Notes under the pieces: generated by a model
Seen by the model: only the letters and a program-made list of their open reading frames with translations
The model's database searches: none
Told to the model about the DNA's origin: nothing
Position numbers and translations under genes: made by a program
Shown: positions 47,787-58,004 of the stretch, piece by piece
Numbering within the stretch: the first letter of the stretch is position 1
Layout: each line of letters starts with the position of its first letter
From: Promethearchaeota archaeon
Lineage (GTDB): Archaea > Asgardarchaeota > Lokiarchaeia > Sigyniarchaeales > SOKP01
Assembly: GCA_019057795.1 (NCBI GenBank)
Contig: JAHLWS010000087.1
Location: 43,176-107,175, forward strand
Direction: 5' to 3'
DNA length: 64,000 nt

Positions 47787-49508
47787 TTGGTTTTAAAAAT
47801 CATGATTGAAGAAATAATTAGAAATACAACAAGTATTTGTCCAGAATGCCTACAACCAATTCCTGCTGAGATTTATGTTGATGCAAATATGGGTTGGGTT
47901 ATGATGCGAAAGCATTGTGAGGAACATGGAGATTTTAAAGATAAAATTTCGGTTAACCCAGAGGAATACAAATGGAACCAGAGTTTCACTAATGAAATTG
48001 GTTCAACTGTAGATAACTCTTCAAAACCTTCTGAAGTATCATCAGGTATTAGAGAAATCACTAATGGCTGTCCATATGATTGCGGGATTTGCGAGAATCA
48101 CGAATCAGCACCTTGTATTGCCGTAATTGATCCTACAAATCGATGTAATTTAACTTGTCCAATATGTTACGCCAATGCTAGTGCTAAAGGTTATGTTGTA
48201 GAGCCTACTTTCGATGAAATCGTTCAAATTCTAAAGCATTTCAGATCAATCAAGCCTGTCCCTCCTATTTTGCTACAATATGCAGGGGGGGAACCAACGT
48301 TAAGAAATGATCTACATGATATCACCCGTAAAGCAAAAGAATTAGGATTTACAGAAGTTATGGTATCAACTAATGGTGTCAAAATGAGTAAATCAGTTGA
48401 ATATTGTAGAGAATTAATGGAATCTGGAATAGATGCGATATATTTGCAATTTGACGCTACCAATGCTCCAGAGGTTTGGAAAAAAATGAGGGGCGTTAAT
48501 TTATGGCCCATAAAACAAAGGGTCATTAAAAATTGCCGCGCAATCGGGTTTAAAGGTATTATGTTGGTTCCAACTATTGCTAAAGGCGTAAATGACGATC
48601 AAATTGAAAATATTTTAGAATTCGCTAAGCAAAACAATGATGTAGTTGCGGGCGTCGTTTTTCAACCCGTTTCGTTATGTGGTCGAATTAATTACGAAGA
48701 ACTAATGGAATTGAGATATACTTCATCTGATTTAAAGATAGCTATTAATAAAATAACTAATAACGCAATAGAAAAGTTTTATCCAATTGCTACATCTGCC
48801 AAATTCACTAGATTACTAGCTTGGTTCGATGATGTACCTTCTTTTTCAACGACAACCCATCCAGACTGTGGCTTCGTTACTATTTTAACTATTGATGATA
48901 ACGATGAATGGAAACCCCTTGAGAACTATTTTGATGCTGAGGGGATATTTAAATGGTCAAATCAAGTATGGGACATGATTCGTAATAAAGAAATCCCCAA
49001 GCCAACAAGCTTTTTAAAGGACATTAATCTAGAGAATTACGGTGGTGTAGTAAAAACGATTGGTGATTTCATCGATGATATAACTAATTTAGGATATAGA
49101 CAGATAATGAAGTCATATTTTTTCGCAGGTGCTTTAAAATTTATTAAAAATCCATCAAAAGTCTTAACTAGCAAAATTTTTCAATCATTTACTAGACTTA
49201 TTTTTTCGCCTACCTTAAATTCAGCAAGTAACTTTTTACTTTCAAAAAATTTGTTAATATCATGCATGCATTTTCAAGATGCTTATAATTTTGATTTAGA
49301 TCGAGTTAAAAACTGCATTGTACATTATGGAGTGATTGATCCAGATGACCCTAGCAAAGTTCTTCAAATACCATTTTGCACGATGAATACTTTACATAGA
49401 GAAAAATTAGAGCTCAAACATAAACTAGCCAATCAAAGCACAATTAAACCTGAAATAATCCAGAACAAAATTGAGACCTATATTAAATCAATTGAAAAAG
49501 AAATATAA
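47787..49508 (+). CDS. tes: Tetraether lipid synthase (radical SAM, Tes/GDGT-MAS family)
   Basis: N-terminal CPEC..CEEH, GCPYDCGICENH, radical SAM CNLTCPIC, GGEPT, HPDCG, MHFQDAYNFDLDRV..C, IPFC. Confidence 0.88.
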   Translation: MVLKIMIEEIIRNTTSICPECLQPIPAEIYVDANMGWVMMRKHCEEHGDFKDKISVNPEEYKWNQSFTNEIGSTVDNSSKPSEVSSGIREITNGCPYDCGICENHESAPCIAVIDPTNRCNLTCPICYANASAKGYVVEPTFDEIVQILKHFRSIKPVPPILLQYAGGEPTLRNDLHDITRKAKELGFTEVMVSTNGVKMSKSVEYCRELMESGIDAIYLQFDATNAPEVWKKMRGVNLWPIKQRVIKNCRAIGFKGIMLVPTIAKGVNDDQIENILEFAKQNNDVVAGVVFQPVSLCGRINYEELMELRYTSSDLKIAINKITNNAIEKFYPIATSAKFTRLLAWFDDVPSFSTTTHPDCGFVTILTIDDNDEWKPLENYFDAEGIFKWSNQVWDMIRNKEIPKPTSFLKDINLENYGGVVKTIGDFIDDITNLGYRQIMKSYFFAGALKFIKNPSKVLTSKIFQSFTRLIFSPTLNSASNFLLSKNLLISCMHFQDAYNFDLDRVKNCIVHYGVIDPDDPSKVLQIPFCTMNTLHREKLELKHKLANQSTIKPEIIQNKIETYIKSIEKEI

Positions 49509-49644
49509 CATTATTTTTTTTATTCTAATCTTTTAAGTTACAACACTTCTTATGATAAACCTCAATTGTAATAATATAATTTTATATTTCTACTCTCATT
49601 TATTACCAATGATTTGATTATAATTAAAAAATTGTGTAATAAGG

Positions 49645-50445
49645 TTGAGTCTTGGAAAGGGTATTAGAATTGAACGGTTGTTCGATCGAAAAAGTAAAAG
49701 AACGATAATCGTCCCGATGGACCACGGTCTTACTGTAGGAACCATTAAAGGATTAGAAAATTTGGCTGATATGGTTGATAACATCGCTTTAGGGGGTGCA
49801 AACGCAGTTTTAATGCACTCAGGAATGGTTGGAGCGGGACATAGGCAGTACGGTAAAGATATAGGGCTGATTATTCACCTTTCAGGGGCAACTAACTTAT
49901 CTCCAGACCCTAATAGGAAGGTATTGGTCTGTACCGTAGAACGAGCTTTGAAAATGGGAGCAGATGGAGTTTCAATTCATATTAATATAGGAGCTGATGA
50001 GGAACCAGAAATGCTTCAAGACGCTCATAGAGTCGTTGAGTCATCAAGAGAATGGGGCTTACCGCTTATAGCTATGATGTATCCTAGAGGTAAAAAAATA
50101 AAAGATGAGAATGATCCTGAAGTAGTTAATATTGCTGTAAGAGCAGGTGCTGAATTAGGCGCAGACATAGTTAAAACAAATTACACTGGAGATATTGACT
50201 CTTTCAAATATATCGTAAAAAGTGTACATGTTCCAGTTATTATAGCTGGTGGTCCGAAAACTAATACGATTCAAGATTTGCTCCAACTAGTCTACGATTC
50301 TATCCAAGCAGGAGGTAAAGGAGTTGCGTTTGGAAGAAATGTTTTTCAAGCGGAGGATCCTACAAAAATTGTTAAAGCTCTATCTAAAATTGTACATCAT
50401 AATTATACGGTGGGAGAAGTTCTAAAAGAATACCAAATTAAATAG
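49645..50445 (+). CDS. aroA': 2-amino-3,7-dideoxy-D-threo-hept-6-ulosonate synthase (DhnA-type class I aldolase)
   Basis: [51 protein letters not shown]; closely follows the MJ0400-type sequence as I recall it. Confidence 0.8.
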   Translation: MSLGKGIRIERLFDRKSKRTIIVPMDHGLTVGTIKGLENLADMVDNIALGGANAVLMHSGMVGAGHRQYGKDIGLIIHLSGATNLSPDPNRKVLVCTVERALKMGADGVSIHINIGADEEPEMLQDAHRVVESSREWGLPLIAMMYPRGKKIKDENDPEVVNIAVRAGAELGADIVKTNYTGDIDSFKYIVKSVHVPVIIAGGPKTNTIQDLLQLVYDSIQAGGKGVAFGRNVFQAEDPTKIVKALSKIVHHNYTVGEVLKEYQIK

Positions 50446-50462
50446 ACGAGTTAAAGAAAATC

Positions 50463-50603
50463 ATGAAACAAGATAAAATGGTTTCTTACCCTTATTTAGT
50501 AAAGAGAGCGATAAAGGTCTCAATTGAATTTGTAATAATTTTGATATTACTATTCTACTTGCCGGAAATACTTAACTTTTTTCGGTTTTTATACGGATTT
50601 TGA
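50463..50603 (+). CDS. Putative 46-aa single-TM small protein (below the ORF track cutoff)
   Basis: MKQDKMVSYPYLVKRAIKVSIEFVIILILLFYLPEILNFFRFLYGF*; fills the gap between two co-oriented genes. Confidence 0.5.
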   Translation: MKQDKMVSYPYLVKRAIKVSIEFVIILILLFYLPEILNFFRFLYGF

Positions 50604-51124
50604 ACGAGAAGATAAATATGTTTCCGATTTTTCATGTTGCTATTCCGTTAATTCTCTTTGAATTACCACTGGTTAAGAAGAAATTTGAATTTAATAGATT
50701 TGCGTTAATTGTTGGCTCGTTATTTCCAGATATTATTGATAAATTTCTACTTTTTTTAAATTTTGGTTCAGGGAGGGGAATCTCACATACAATTTTATTT
50801 ATTTTAATTAATTTTGTTATTTTGCACTTTATTACGAAAGGAAGAAAATCTATATCAATACCATTTTTAGTGGGAATGGTAGTTCACTTAATTTTAGATC
50901 TACCAGAAGTACCACTTTTTTATCCATTTATCATGTATGAATTTATTATAATTGACGATCCTATCGGATTATGGCTATATAGATTATTTAATGAACCCGT
51001 AGTTTATTTAACGGAGATAACAGGGATTCTAATTTTCATTTTTATTTTAATAAATAACAAATTATATAGTAGAAAAGAAATTACAAATTACCTAAAGCGT
51101 AATATTAACCTAGAACCTCAATAA
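50600..51124 (+). CDS. Membrane-bound metal-dependent hydrolase (YdjM/DUF457-like); start probably ATG at 50618
   Basis: H, GSLFPDIIDK, RGISHT, HLILD, LFYPF. Confidence 0.8.
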   Translation: MNEKINMFPIFHVAIPLILFELPLVKKKFEFNRFALIVGSLFPDIIDKFLLFLNFGSGRGISHTILFILINFVILHFITKGRKSISIPFLVGMVVHLILDLPEVPLFYPFIMYEFIIIDDPIGLWLYRLFNEPVVYLTEITGILIFIFILINNKLYSRKEITNYLKRNINLEPQ

Positions 51125-51256
51125 TAGAACAAAAACAAATCATTTAACTTTTAAAAGTAATATTACTATTTTTTATTTTTATATCTTAGATTATTTTAAT
51201 TAACATAATTGATTTTAAAATAACAATTACATATTCGATTACCAATAAAAATAAAA

Positions 51257-51988
51257 ATGAGCCAAACCACTGTCCTCAAGGTCATTATTGATAATAGAGA
51301 AAGGAAGTTAATGAAATTATTGGAAGAGAAGCACCCTAATATCAAGTTCGAAACTAAACAATTAGATATTGCGGATATAGTAATTTCTGAAGATGTAGCA
51401 ATTGAAAGAAAAGAAGGGTTTGATTTCGTTGCTTCTATAATGGATAATAGGTTATTTGAACAACTCCTAAGGTTAAAAGATACATACTCTACCCCTATTT
51501 TAATACTCGAAGGATTAAATGATAATGTTTTTGAAAATACAGGAATGAAAATTTCCTCGATTTATGGGGCCCTGGCATTCATTTCTTATAAATTGGGAAT
51601 ATCAGTAATACCAACTAGAAATATCGAGGATACAGCACTTGTTATAGAGCGAATAGCTAACCGTGAACAAGTTAAGGATGGAATACCATTACTTTCAAGA
51701 AAGGCACCAAAAAGTATGAGCATTGAAGAAAGAAGGACATTTATTGTGGAAGGATTCGTAGATATCGGTCCGAAAAAGGCTAAATCTTTAATAGATAAAT
51801 ACAAGACGCCCTATCGCGTGTTAAAGGCAATTCAACAAACAGAAATTACATTTACTCGGACAGGAAATCCAAAAGGAATTAAAGGCCCCTTAAGCGAACT
51901 TTCTGGGTTTGGATGGAAATTTGTAGAAAAGAATAAAGAAATGCTTTTTGGGAAAAGAAAGGATCCTCAAAAAAGAATTAATGAATAG
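51257..51988 (+). CDS. xpf: Short XPF/ERCC4 structure-specific endonuclease
   Basis: IIDNRE, ADIVIS..AIERK..DFVASIMDNRLFEQ, HhH (DIGPKKA); no helicase domain. Confidence 0.88.
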   Translation: MSQTTVLKVIIDNRERKLMKLLEEKHPNIKFETKQLDIADIVISEDVAIERKEGFDFVASIMDNRLFEQLLRLKDTYSTPILILEGLNDNVFENTGMKISSIYGALAFISYKLGISVIPTRNIEDTALVIERIANREQVKDGIPLLSRKAPKSMSIEERRTFIVEGFVDIGPKKAKSLIDKYKTPYRVLKAIQQTEITFTRTGNPKGIKGPLSELSGFGWKFVEKNKEMLFGKRKDPQKRINE

Positions 51989-52001
51989 AGTTTAAATATT
52001 A

Positions 52002-52763
52002 ATGATTATACTTATAACACTAATAGCAATTTTCTGCTCGAGTACGGTCTACGGGATTATAGGATTTGGCGACGCGTTGATATTAATCCCTATTCTAGCT
52101 CCAATAATAGGAGTGAAGAATGCAGTAATACTAGTAAATATCTGGGGCACTTTTCCCGCTTTAATCAATTATATTAAATATAAAGAATTTTTAGATAGGG
52201 GTTATTTTCTCCGAATTGTATCGCTAGGCATTCCCGCCACAATTCTAGGAACATACTTAATTATAAGTATTCGATTGGAATGGATCGAGTTAATTTTGGG
52301 CATTTTTATTCTAATATATTCTTCTTTAAAACTCGTTAATTACATTAAGGACCAATCTCAAATTGAATTAAAAGAGGAAATTAACACAACTTCTCCCCTA
52401 ATTTTATTCGGGGGATTCTCTTATGGCTTGTTAACTGGTTTAATTGGTGCGGCAGGACCCATTAATGTAGCCTTATTAGAAAAAACGGGACATTATAGAG
52501 AAAGTTTTATCGGAAATTTTGCCGCTATTGGAACAGTACTTTCCGTTTCTAGAATCCCATTCTACATAGTTGAAGGATTATTCCCAAGCGAACTACTATT
52601 AATATTTCTGCTCGCTTTTCCAATTATATTCCTCGGGACTAAACTTGGTCATAATATTACACCTAAAATTTCTGTGAAAAAATTTCAGATTCTTGTTTTT
52701 TGTTTTCTCTTAGTTATTAGCATTAAGTCGATTATTTCGTCAATTTTGAGTCTGATTAGCTAA
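52002..52763 (+). CDS. TauE/SafE (TSUP) family transporter
   Basis: GIIGFGDALILIP, GLIGAAGP, about 8 TM. Confidence 0.9.
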   Translation: MIILITLIAIFCSSTVYGIIGFGDALILIPILAPIIGVKNAVILVNIWGTFPALINYIKYKEFLDRGYFLRIVSLGIPATILGTYLIISIRLEWIELILGIFILIYSSLKLVNYIKDQSQIELKEEINTTSPLILFGGFSYGLLTGLIGAAGPINVALLEKTGHYRESFIGNFAAIGTVLSVSRIPFYIVEGLFPSELLLIFLLAFPIIFLGTKLGHNITPKISVKKFQILVFCFLLVISIKSIISSILSLIS

Positions 52764-52789
52764 AATGCATTTAAACTCATTTTTGTAAA

Positions 52790-53041
52790 TTATTTCCATC
52801 TATTTTTTCTCCCTCTTTTCTTTATTTTTTCGCGAAATTTGTGCATTTCTAAAACAATTTCTTTAATTGATTTATTTGGAAACCTTTCTTTTTCAATTCT
52901 AATGTAATTATTTATACCAAGATCGCAAATTTCGAAAAAAATTTTAACCGCATCTTCAGTGGGCGTTTTATTCATAAATTCCATCCTTCCCTTGAAGTTT
53001 CTTACGATTTTTCTGTAATTATTATCGTTAGTTTTAGGCAT
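52790..53041 (-). CDS. Small basic hypothetical protein (possible TA-associated)
   Basis: 83-aa ORF co-oriented directly downstream of the UPF0175 gene. Confidence 0.55.
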   Translation of the reverse strand: MPKTNDNNYRKIVRNFKGRMEFMNKTPTEDAVKIFFEICDLGINNYIRIEKERFPNKSIKEIVLEMHKFREKIKKRGRKNRWK

Positions 53042-53071
53042 AATTCTTTTTTTTTTAACTAAAATTAATTT

Positions 53072-53374
53072 CTAAAAAATTCTTTTTAGATTTTCATATC
53101 CTTCAAGTAAATCTTCCTTACTTATCTTGGATTTAATACCAAATTCCATGATTAGGTCCATAAATTCCGATAAGGGGAGATTTGACAGATATGCCGCTTT
53201 TCCAATTGAATATTTTCCTGTTGCATAACCTTTTATCGCTAAATACAAACTCCCATTATTAATTAAATCTCGAATTATTTCTGATTGATCCGTGTCTGCT
53301 TCTCTTTCTTTGGAATATCTTTTAACAATCTCTTCCAAATTTTTATTGATTCTGACAGATATAACTTTTCCCAT
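53072..53374 (-). CDS. UPF0175 family protein with N-terminal ribbon-helix-helix (antitoxin-like)
   Basis: VISVRI RHH strand; YATGKYSIGKAAYLSNLPLSEFMDL; GGAGG RBS. Confidence 0.85.
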   Translation of the reverse strand: MGKVISVRINKNLEEIVKRYSKEREADTDQSEIIRDLINNGSLYLAIKGYATGKYSIGKAAYLSNLPLSEFMDLIMEFGIKSKISKEDLLEGYENLKRIF

Positions 53375-53595
53375 TTTTCATCCCTCCAATTTATTTATTT
53401 GGTTTTTACACTTCTTCCTTCTCAATGTAATTATTCCATTTTGAACTTATTAATTTTCCTTATACGCTTTATCCATTAATCTTTTAAAAAAAAGAAAAGA
53501 CGTCTATCATTTGTTAAAAAAGTAATATCAGATTATAAAAGGATAAACATTCTGATCACTGCCAATATCTATTCAATAAATAAAAAAGGAAAAAG

Positions 53596-54855
53596 TTATA
53601 AGATTTTTGAATACCTTCGCAGCCCACCGTGTAATATAAGCAATTGAATGTTTCTGGCTCCACCAATTACTTCTTCAATTTTACTTACATCCATGAGCTC
53701 GTCAACTGGAGTGTTGTCTGTAACAGATACACCACCCATTTGCTGTTGAACTTCGTAGCAAACTTCGTGAGTAAGCTTTGAAACTAAGTATTTGCCTTGA
53801 GAAGAGACTCCCGCTACCCATTTTTCTGCTTCTTTACTTGGTTTCTCGGCAAAAAGTATTTTATCGTCGTAGATAGTCGCTGCTTGGAATGCCAAGCTTG
53901 TAGCAGCACTACATTTCGATAATAAATCCCCTAAACTATATCCGACACCCTGATAATTAATTACATTTTTTCCGAATTGTTGTCTGAGGTTAGTATAAAT
54001 TATTGCGTATATAAGTCCTGCCCAACATATACCCACACCTGAGCCCATAATACCTAAGCGCTCAGGAACTAATCCACCAAAAAGGTTATGATAACCCCCT
54101 CCATTATCCCCTAAAATATACTCCATTGGAACTTTTACATCTTTTAAAAATGTATGAGCGATATGAACTCGAGGAACTGAATTAATCTTCAATCTTTTTG
54201 TCTCTATTCCACCGAAATCCCTTGAAAGCATTCCTTGAACCATCGTTTGTCTGGGGTGCTCGGTATCGTAAACACCATAACAGGCAAAATACTTTGCTTT
54301 AGGACCATTTGTCGTAAAGACCTTTTCACCTGAAAAAACAATACCATCATCCACCTTTGTACAAGTTGTTGTCATGTTCACAGCATCGGACCCGCGTTCT
54401 GGCTCAGTTATTCCTATACAACCTACTTCCTTTCCACTCATCAATTCGTCTTGGACTTTAATAATCTCGCTGGTTTCACCATGTTGAAATGTTGGATTCC
54501 CACATAAAATACCGCTTGCTAATCTCGCTAATTCTAATTGAGGATCGCATATAGACATGATTGTAGCTAATAAAATTTCTTTTTTCATACCATATGGCTC
54601 AAAATCGCGCCATTTATTTATCCTTTGCATGTATCCGTGCTTACCTAGCTCTGGGAATAACACATATACATCTTTACTTTTATCGATTTTAGGGTGAAGC
54701 TCTAAGCAAAAAGATTCTAAATCCTGGCAATATTCTACTTCTTCATCATTTAACATTGGAAATATGTTGTCGTTAAAAATTTTGAAAACATTATCCAATG
54801 TCATTTTTTCGAGGATTTTATCGTTTATTATTTTCTCTTGCATGATTCTCGTCAA
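53596..54855 (-). CDS. Acyl-CoA dehydrogenase family protein
   Basis: GITEPERGSDA, GEKVFTTNG, RQQFGK, QQQMGG, IGGARNIQ. Confidence 0.92.
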   Translation of the reverse strand: MTRIMQEKIINDKILEKMTLDNVFKIFNDNIFPMLNDEEVEYCQDLESFCLELHPKIDKSKDVYVLFPELGKHGYMQRINKWRDFEPYGMKKEILLATIMSICDPQLELARLASGILCGNPTFQHGETSEIIKVQDELMSGKEVGCIGITEPERGSDAVNMTTTCTKVDDGIVFSGEKVFTTNGPKAKYFACYGVYDTEHPRQTMVQGMLSRDFGGIETKRLKINSVPRVHIAHTFLKDVKVPMEYILGDNGGGYHNLFGGLVPERLGIMGSGVGICWAGLIYAIIYTNLRQQFGKNVINYQGVGYSLGDLLSKCSAATSLAFQAATIYDDKILFAEKPSKEAEKWVAGVSSQGKYLVSKLTHEVCYEVQQQMGGVSVTDNTPVDELMDVSKIEEVIGGARNIQLLILHGGLRRYSKIL

Positions 54856-55041
54856 TTATTATTGTATTTACTATAATTTGAATGATTTTATTTATTATTA
54901 TTATTAAATTTTTTATTCAAATTAAAGTTTTAATATGAAATTAGAAAAAAGGATAGTAAAATTAATTGTATTATAATACTTGGAATAGTTCAGAAAATGT
55001 AAAGATTAACTGGAGCTATTCCCTTAAGTTAATATTAGAAG

Positions 55042-56805
55042 TTATGAATAATTGGTTTTCACGTAATCTTGTACAGCCTTTATTTCTTTTAGATGAGTAT
55101 CACGATTTCCAAAAATATAAAACCTTACTTCCGGACCTGTCCCGCTAGGTCTAAAATATAAAGTCGAATCGTTACTTTTCAACTGGTATAAGTCCATCTT
55201 GTTATTATTATCAGATAAGGCACTCACTTTATATTTTTTGTTATTGATATTAATTGTTTTACCGTTGTTTTTTCCAAAATTATTCATAATTTTAATTTTT
55301 TCCTTGTCAATTGCACGAATAGTTCTATTAATTCCTTTGATTGACCAATCAATTGATTCGGAAATTATATGTCCTCGTGAGATTAATTCTGTGATTATAA
55401 CGAGAGCTGGCACCGGATATTTATCTGCGATAATTGGAAATTTGGTCTCAAATCGGAGTTCTCCAGTTATTTCGTCTTTCGAAACATTTAATATGTTCAG
55501 AGTGTGTCCTCCTGACTCTTCCCACATTACGATTAAAAATTCTTCTTCAAGTAAGTTGTTTTTTTTAATCAATTCGAGTAATTTTTGTTTTAAAGGCGCT
55601 GCGTTATCAATTTTTATCAAATTTTTGTTTTCATCTTCATAATAAAGGATTGCTGTATCCACTTTTGATTGGTCTACTTCGATCCCTAGCAGAAAATATA
55701 ATATAATCCCCAGGTGTTTATATCCCACGCCCGTTAAAATATTTATAAAACTAGTATGGTCTCCTCTTAAATCGCTTGGTACCGTTCTCACATTGATGAT
55801 TTTCTTATGATAAACATTAGCTAAGATATTGTGCATAGCAGAATATATCTCATTCGGAATATAATAGTAATACTCACCTTTCTGTTTCACATATAAAGCA
55901 ATCCTATCTCTATCGGCATCTAATAGTAGAGCTATATTTGAATCTTCTGATTCCATAACTTGCCGCAATTTATCTTCTCGAAGTATTTTTATTGGATTGG
56001 GGGGATTGATTTCTTCCTCTATTAAAATTACATTTACTCCTAACTGATTAAATAGATTAACAATTCCTCTAGCCTTCCCTAAGTAAGGCCAAATAACAAT
56101 ATTTTTGCCTCTTAAGTTATTAAGTTCTAAAACTCTCGCTAAAAGGGAGATCACGTAATCGTTGTTTTTTTGCTCAGCATCAATCAAAAAGGGTTTATAA
56201 TTTGGATCAAACTTAATTTCTTCAAGTTTTAGTGCTTTAACCGCAATCTCTTTAAATAAATCTCCCGACATTGGCATCGGATAATCAATATAAAATTTAA
56301 CTCCGTTCCACGATAGATCGTTATGAGACGCTGTTAGTACGACAACTAAGTTTATATCTTCGAATAACGCGACAGACGCGGCACCATAAGGGGCAGATAT
56401 TTTAGATTCCCCCGGATGATCTGTTTGATGATATATTTCATATCCCTCATAAGCAAAAATTTGAGAGCAATACCGAAGTAGAATCTGTTTGCTTGGTCGA
56501 TTATCAGTAACAATCAAGATTTTAAGATTCTTCCCTTCTTTCATTTCTTTGTATTTTTGACTAATCGCTTTAAAAACTCTAAAAAATAAAAAAAGCTTTC
56601 TATTGGGTAATAAATATTTTTTCTTCCCTTCTTTTTCTATATTTTCAAGAATCTGAATTCTTAACCCAGAAGTTGGGGCTACTATTGGATCGACTAAAAA
56701 CCTTTCTTCTTCGGTTAATTCTGGTAATTTTAGAGTCCTAAAACCTCCATCTTCGATAAAGGGAATATTTTCTAATTCAAATTCAAAATCAATCAAATTA
56801 ATCAC
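55042..56805 (-). CDS. Alpha-D-phosphohexomutase (PGM/PMM) family protein
   Basis: Phosphoserine loop TASHN, NGVK, metal loop DADRDR, EESGG, RPSGTGP. Confidence 0.9.
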   Translation of the reverse strand: MINLIDFEFELENIPFIEDGGFRTLKLPELTEEERFLVDPIVAPTSGLRIQILENIEKEGKKKYLLPNRKLFLFFRVFKAISQKYKEMKEGKNLKILIVTDNRPSKQILLRYCSQIFAYEGYEIYHQTDHPGESKISAPYGAASVALFEDINLVVVLTASHNDLSWNGVKFYIDYPMPMSGDLFKEIAVKALKLEEIKFDPNYKPFLIDAEQKNNDYVISLLARVLELNNLRGKNIVIWPYLGKARGIVNLFNQLGVNVILIEEEINPPNPIKILREDKLRQVMESEDSNIALLLDADRDRIALYVKQKGEYYYYIPNEIYSAMHNILANVYHKKIINVRTVPSDLRGDHTSFINILTGVGYKHLGIILYFLLGIEVDQSKVDTAILYYEDENKNLIKIDNAAPLKQKLLELIKKNNLLEEEFLIVMWEESGGHTLNILNVSKDEITGELRFETKFPIIADKYPVPALVIITELISRGHIISESIDWSIKGINRTIRAIDKEKIKIMNNFGKNNGKTININNKKYKVSALSDNNNKMDLYQLKSNDSTLYFRPSGTGPEVRFYIFGNRDTHLKEIKAVQDYVKTNYS

Positions 56806-56892
56806 TATAATTACTTGTCAGATAATAACCAATAATTATAAAATTCTTAAATCTTTTATGTTTTCACTCAGATTTTTGATTTAAGTTGGGAC

Positions 56893-57777
56893 TTACTTAA
56901 GAGTTTTATTTATGGCTTCTCTTAAAATCGCGTGAATTTTCTCTCTATAATTAGGATTAATTGCAATCATTCCGTGGACTTTAATAGGTGGGTTTCTTTC
57001 CGCTTCGGACAGTATCCTTTCACAAAATTTAGGGGTTAACCTATTTGGCAAATCTTGTTTATTCGCGATTCCAACGACTAAAACATCCTTATAATAAACA
57101 TCTAAAATATCCCGAATAATATTTTTACTATAGTTTACATTCTCAAAACTAGAATCAAGCACTAGGAGAGCTATGTCAGTACTATCCAATAAACTTTTCC
57201 ATAAAGACCGATAATTACTTTGACCAGCAAAGTCCCACAGGACAATGGAACGGTGAATATCAAGTTCTTCACCGTTATATGAGGTGATAGCCACATTTAT
57301 GGTCGGGATGTATTCTAAATCTATATCCTTACCACAAATGAGATGTAATAGAGTGGTCTTACCCACACCTCCAGTTCCAATAATAGATACTTTTATAGAG
57401 CCAAGAATCGTATCGTCAATCTCTCTTTCAAAATCTGTAAAAATAGCGCGATTTCCGGTCCAATCACCACTCGCTAAAAGTTCTCCATACTTTTCAATGA
57501 ACTTTGCTCTTATCGTCGTAATTTTCGAGTTAACTACAGCGTCATCATCCACAAGATCCGTGCATACTACAATTATAATCTCATCGATAATCGTATAGTA
57601 GTACTTAAACTCGTCTGTAGCCGTGGATTTTATGTCGCTTTGGCTTATTTCTTTCATAAACCCCGAAAAAGCGCTTAAGAATCCCGCTAATAAGTCTCTA
57701 TCCACATCAGAACTACCATAATTCCTGAATAGCAGAGATTTTCCAGTTCGGGTCAATATATTAATGTATTGAATCAT
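56893..57777 (-). CDS. Longin-like domain fused to Ras-superfamily (Arf/Rab-like) small GTPase
   Basis: N-terminal longin-like domain (INILTRTGKSLLFRNY..DLLAGFLSAF); G1 GTGGVGKT, G2 YIPT, G3 WDFAGQ, G4 NKQD. Confidence 0.9.
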   Translation of the reverse strand: MIQYINILTRTGKSLLFRNYGSSDVDRDLLAGFLSAFSGFMKEISQSDIKSTATDEFKYYYTIIDEIIIVVCTDLVDDDAVVNSKITTIRAKFIEKYGELLASGDWTGNRAIFTDFEREIDDTILGSIKVSIIGTGGVGKTTLLHLICGKDIDLEYIPTINVAITSYNGEELDIHRSIVLWDFAGQSNYRSLWKSLLDSTDIALLVLDSSFENVNYSKNIIRDILDVYYKDVLVVGIANKQDLPNRLTPKFCERILSEAERNPPIKVHGMIAINPNYREKIHAILREAINKTLK

Positions 57778-58004
57778 AAAATCACTGAATTTTAAGTTAT
57801 GAAGAACTTATGCGCCACTATTATATTGATCTTGATAAAGATACATAATTCAAGCTGTAAAACTTAATAATCGAAAAAACTTGAATTTATATTTTTAATG
57901 TACTATATTTATTATAAAAAATTGATCTTTTTATAACATTCTCATCAAAAACATTAAAATAATCTCATTCTTCAAATTCATAAGAATTTAAAAGGTGATA
58001 ACTT

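Noticed and set aside
51960-51988. Possible PCNA-interacting (PIP) motif at the XPF C-terminus (QKRINE), and INSITRFL at the end of 5815..6267
   Set aside because: Each lacks part of the Qxx[LIM]xxFF consensus; too weak to call
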